DNA of 64,000 bases from Sphaerodactylus townsendi (taxonomy: Eukaryota): the NCBI RefSeq assembly GCF_021028975.2, contig NC_059438.1, positions 4,960,001-5,024,000 of the forward strand. The letters are read 5' to 3'. Of the stretch, positions 63,362-64,000 are shown in pieces (positions within the stretch are counted from its first letter, which is position 1; each line of letters opens with the position of its first letter). Position numbers and translations under genes: made by a program. Under the pieces are notes generated by a model that worked only from the letters and a program-made list of their open reading frames with translations, was not told where the DNA came from and ran no database searches.

Positions 63362-64000
63362 ATCTCTCACAGCTGTGCGTCAGAATATACAGGGAGATTA
63401 GCCAGCTGATAGCAAGGGAGGGAGAAAGGAGGGGGGCAATGGGAAAAGGGGACTGTCATCAGCTTAACAAGAGGTACTGTGGTAGCGATGTGGGGGATGG
63501 TGGGGAGAGAAGATCTATTTTGTTCCTTGAGAGTCCTTCAGGCAAGAGGTCTCAAGGAGCTTTTCAAAGGTTTAAGGCTATCAAATCTAACTTCTGGCAA
63601 ACTAGAGGTAGGAAAAGATCTGGCAGAGGTGAAGCAGGGACACAGCTATCCAGGGCAAGCCGCAGTGAAGGTAGAGAGCCCTAATTGCTCAGAATAACAA
63701 ATGACCTGACCTAGAAGTCTTTTATAGGAAGTCAGTGGATGTCACGTGATCAGCTCCAGCCTATTGTTATCAAGAGGCGTCCTTTCTGCTCTAGCTGGCC
63801 TCCATGCAGTTTCCATCTTTGGATCCTGTTTGAATTGCCTGCCATTCCTCAGGTGCCAGCTCCAAAACTTGACCCCTGGGAATTTGTGGGCAAGCATCAG
63901 TGGAAATTTGGGGATTACAAAAAGCGGTCTGTGAGATCAAACCTAACATTCCTCTAGTTCAGTGTCTTGCTTCCCGTGGTGGCCAGCAAATTGCTTCTAG

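Overview
Vertebrate genomic DNA, most likely a squamate reptile and probably a gecko, judging from its SINE and MITE families. It contains one protein-coding gene, the large-Maf bZIP factor c-Maf (MAF), on the minus strand. The intronless short isoform is 36727->35627 (366 aa, ending ...SSPEFFM). A second coding exon absent from the ORF track lies at 21692->21659, behind a 13.9 kb intron, and gives the long isoform ending ...EFFMYPRESSTSVM (376 aa). The gene has a compact TATA/CRE/CCAAT/octamer/PBX-PREP promoter (~37590-37745) and a ~830 nt GC-rich 5' leader carrying uORFs and a strong-context in-frame CUG. It also has an AT-rich 3' UTR and a second, intronic CpG island containing a 61-bp near-perfect inverted repeat. 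The rest is gene desert: tRNA- and 5S-derived SINEs, CR1/L2 3' fragments, many hAT and Tc1/mariner MITEs, a head-to-tail dimer of a ~2.3 kb foldback hAT-like element, CNE-like blocks and four assembly gaps. I found no wholly new multi-gene system. The best leads are the candidate CUG-initiated c-Maf extension, the intronic hairpin and the foldback dimer. Repeat boundaries are approximate unless target-site duplications (TSDs) are quoted.
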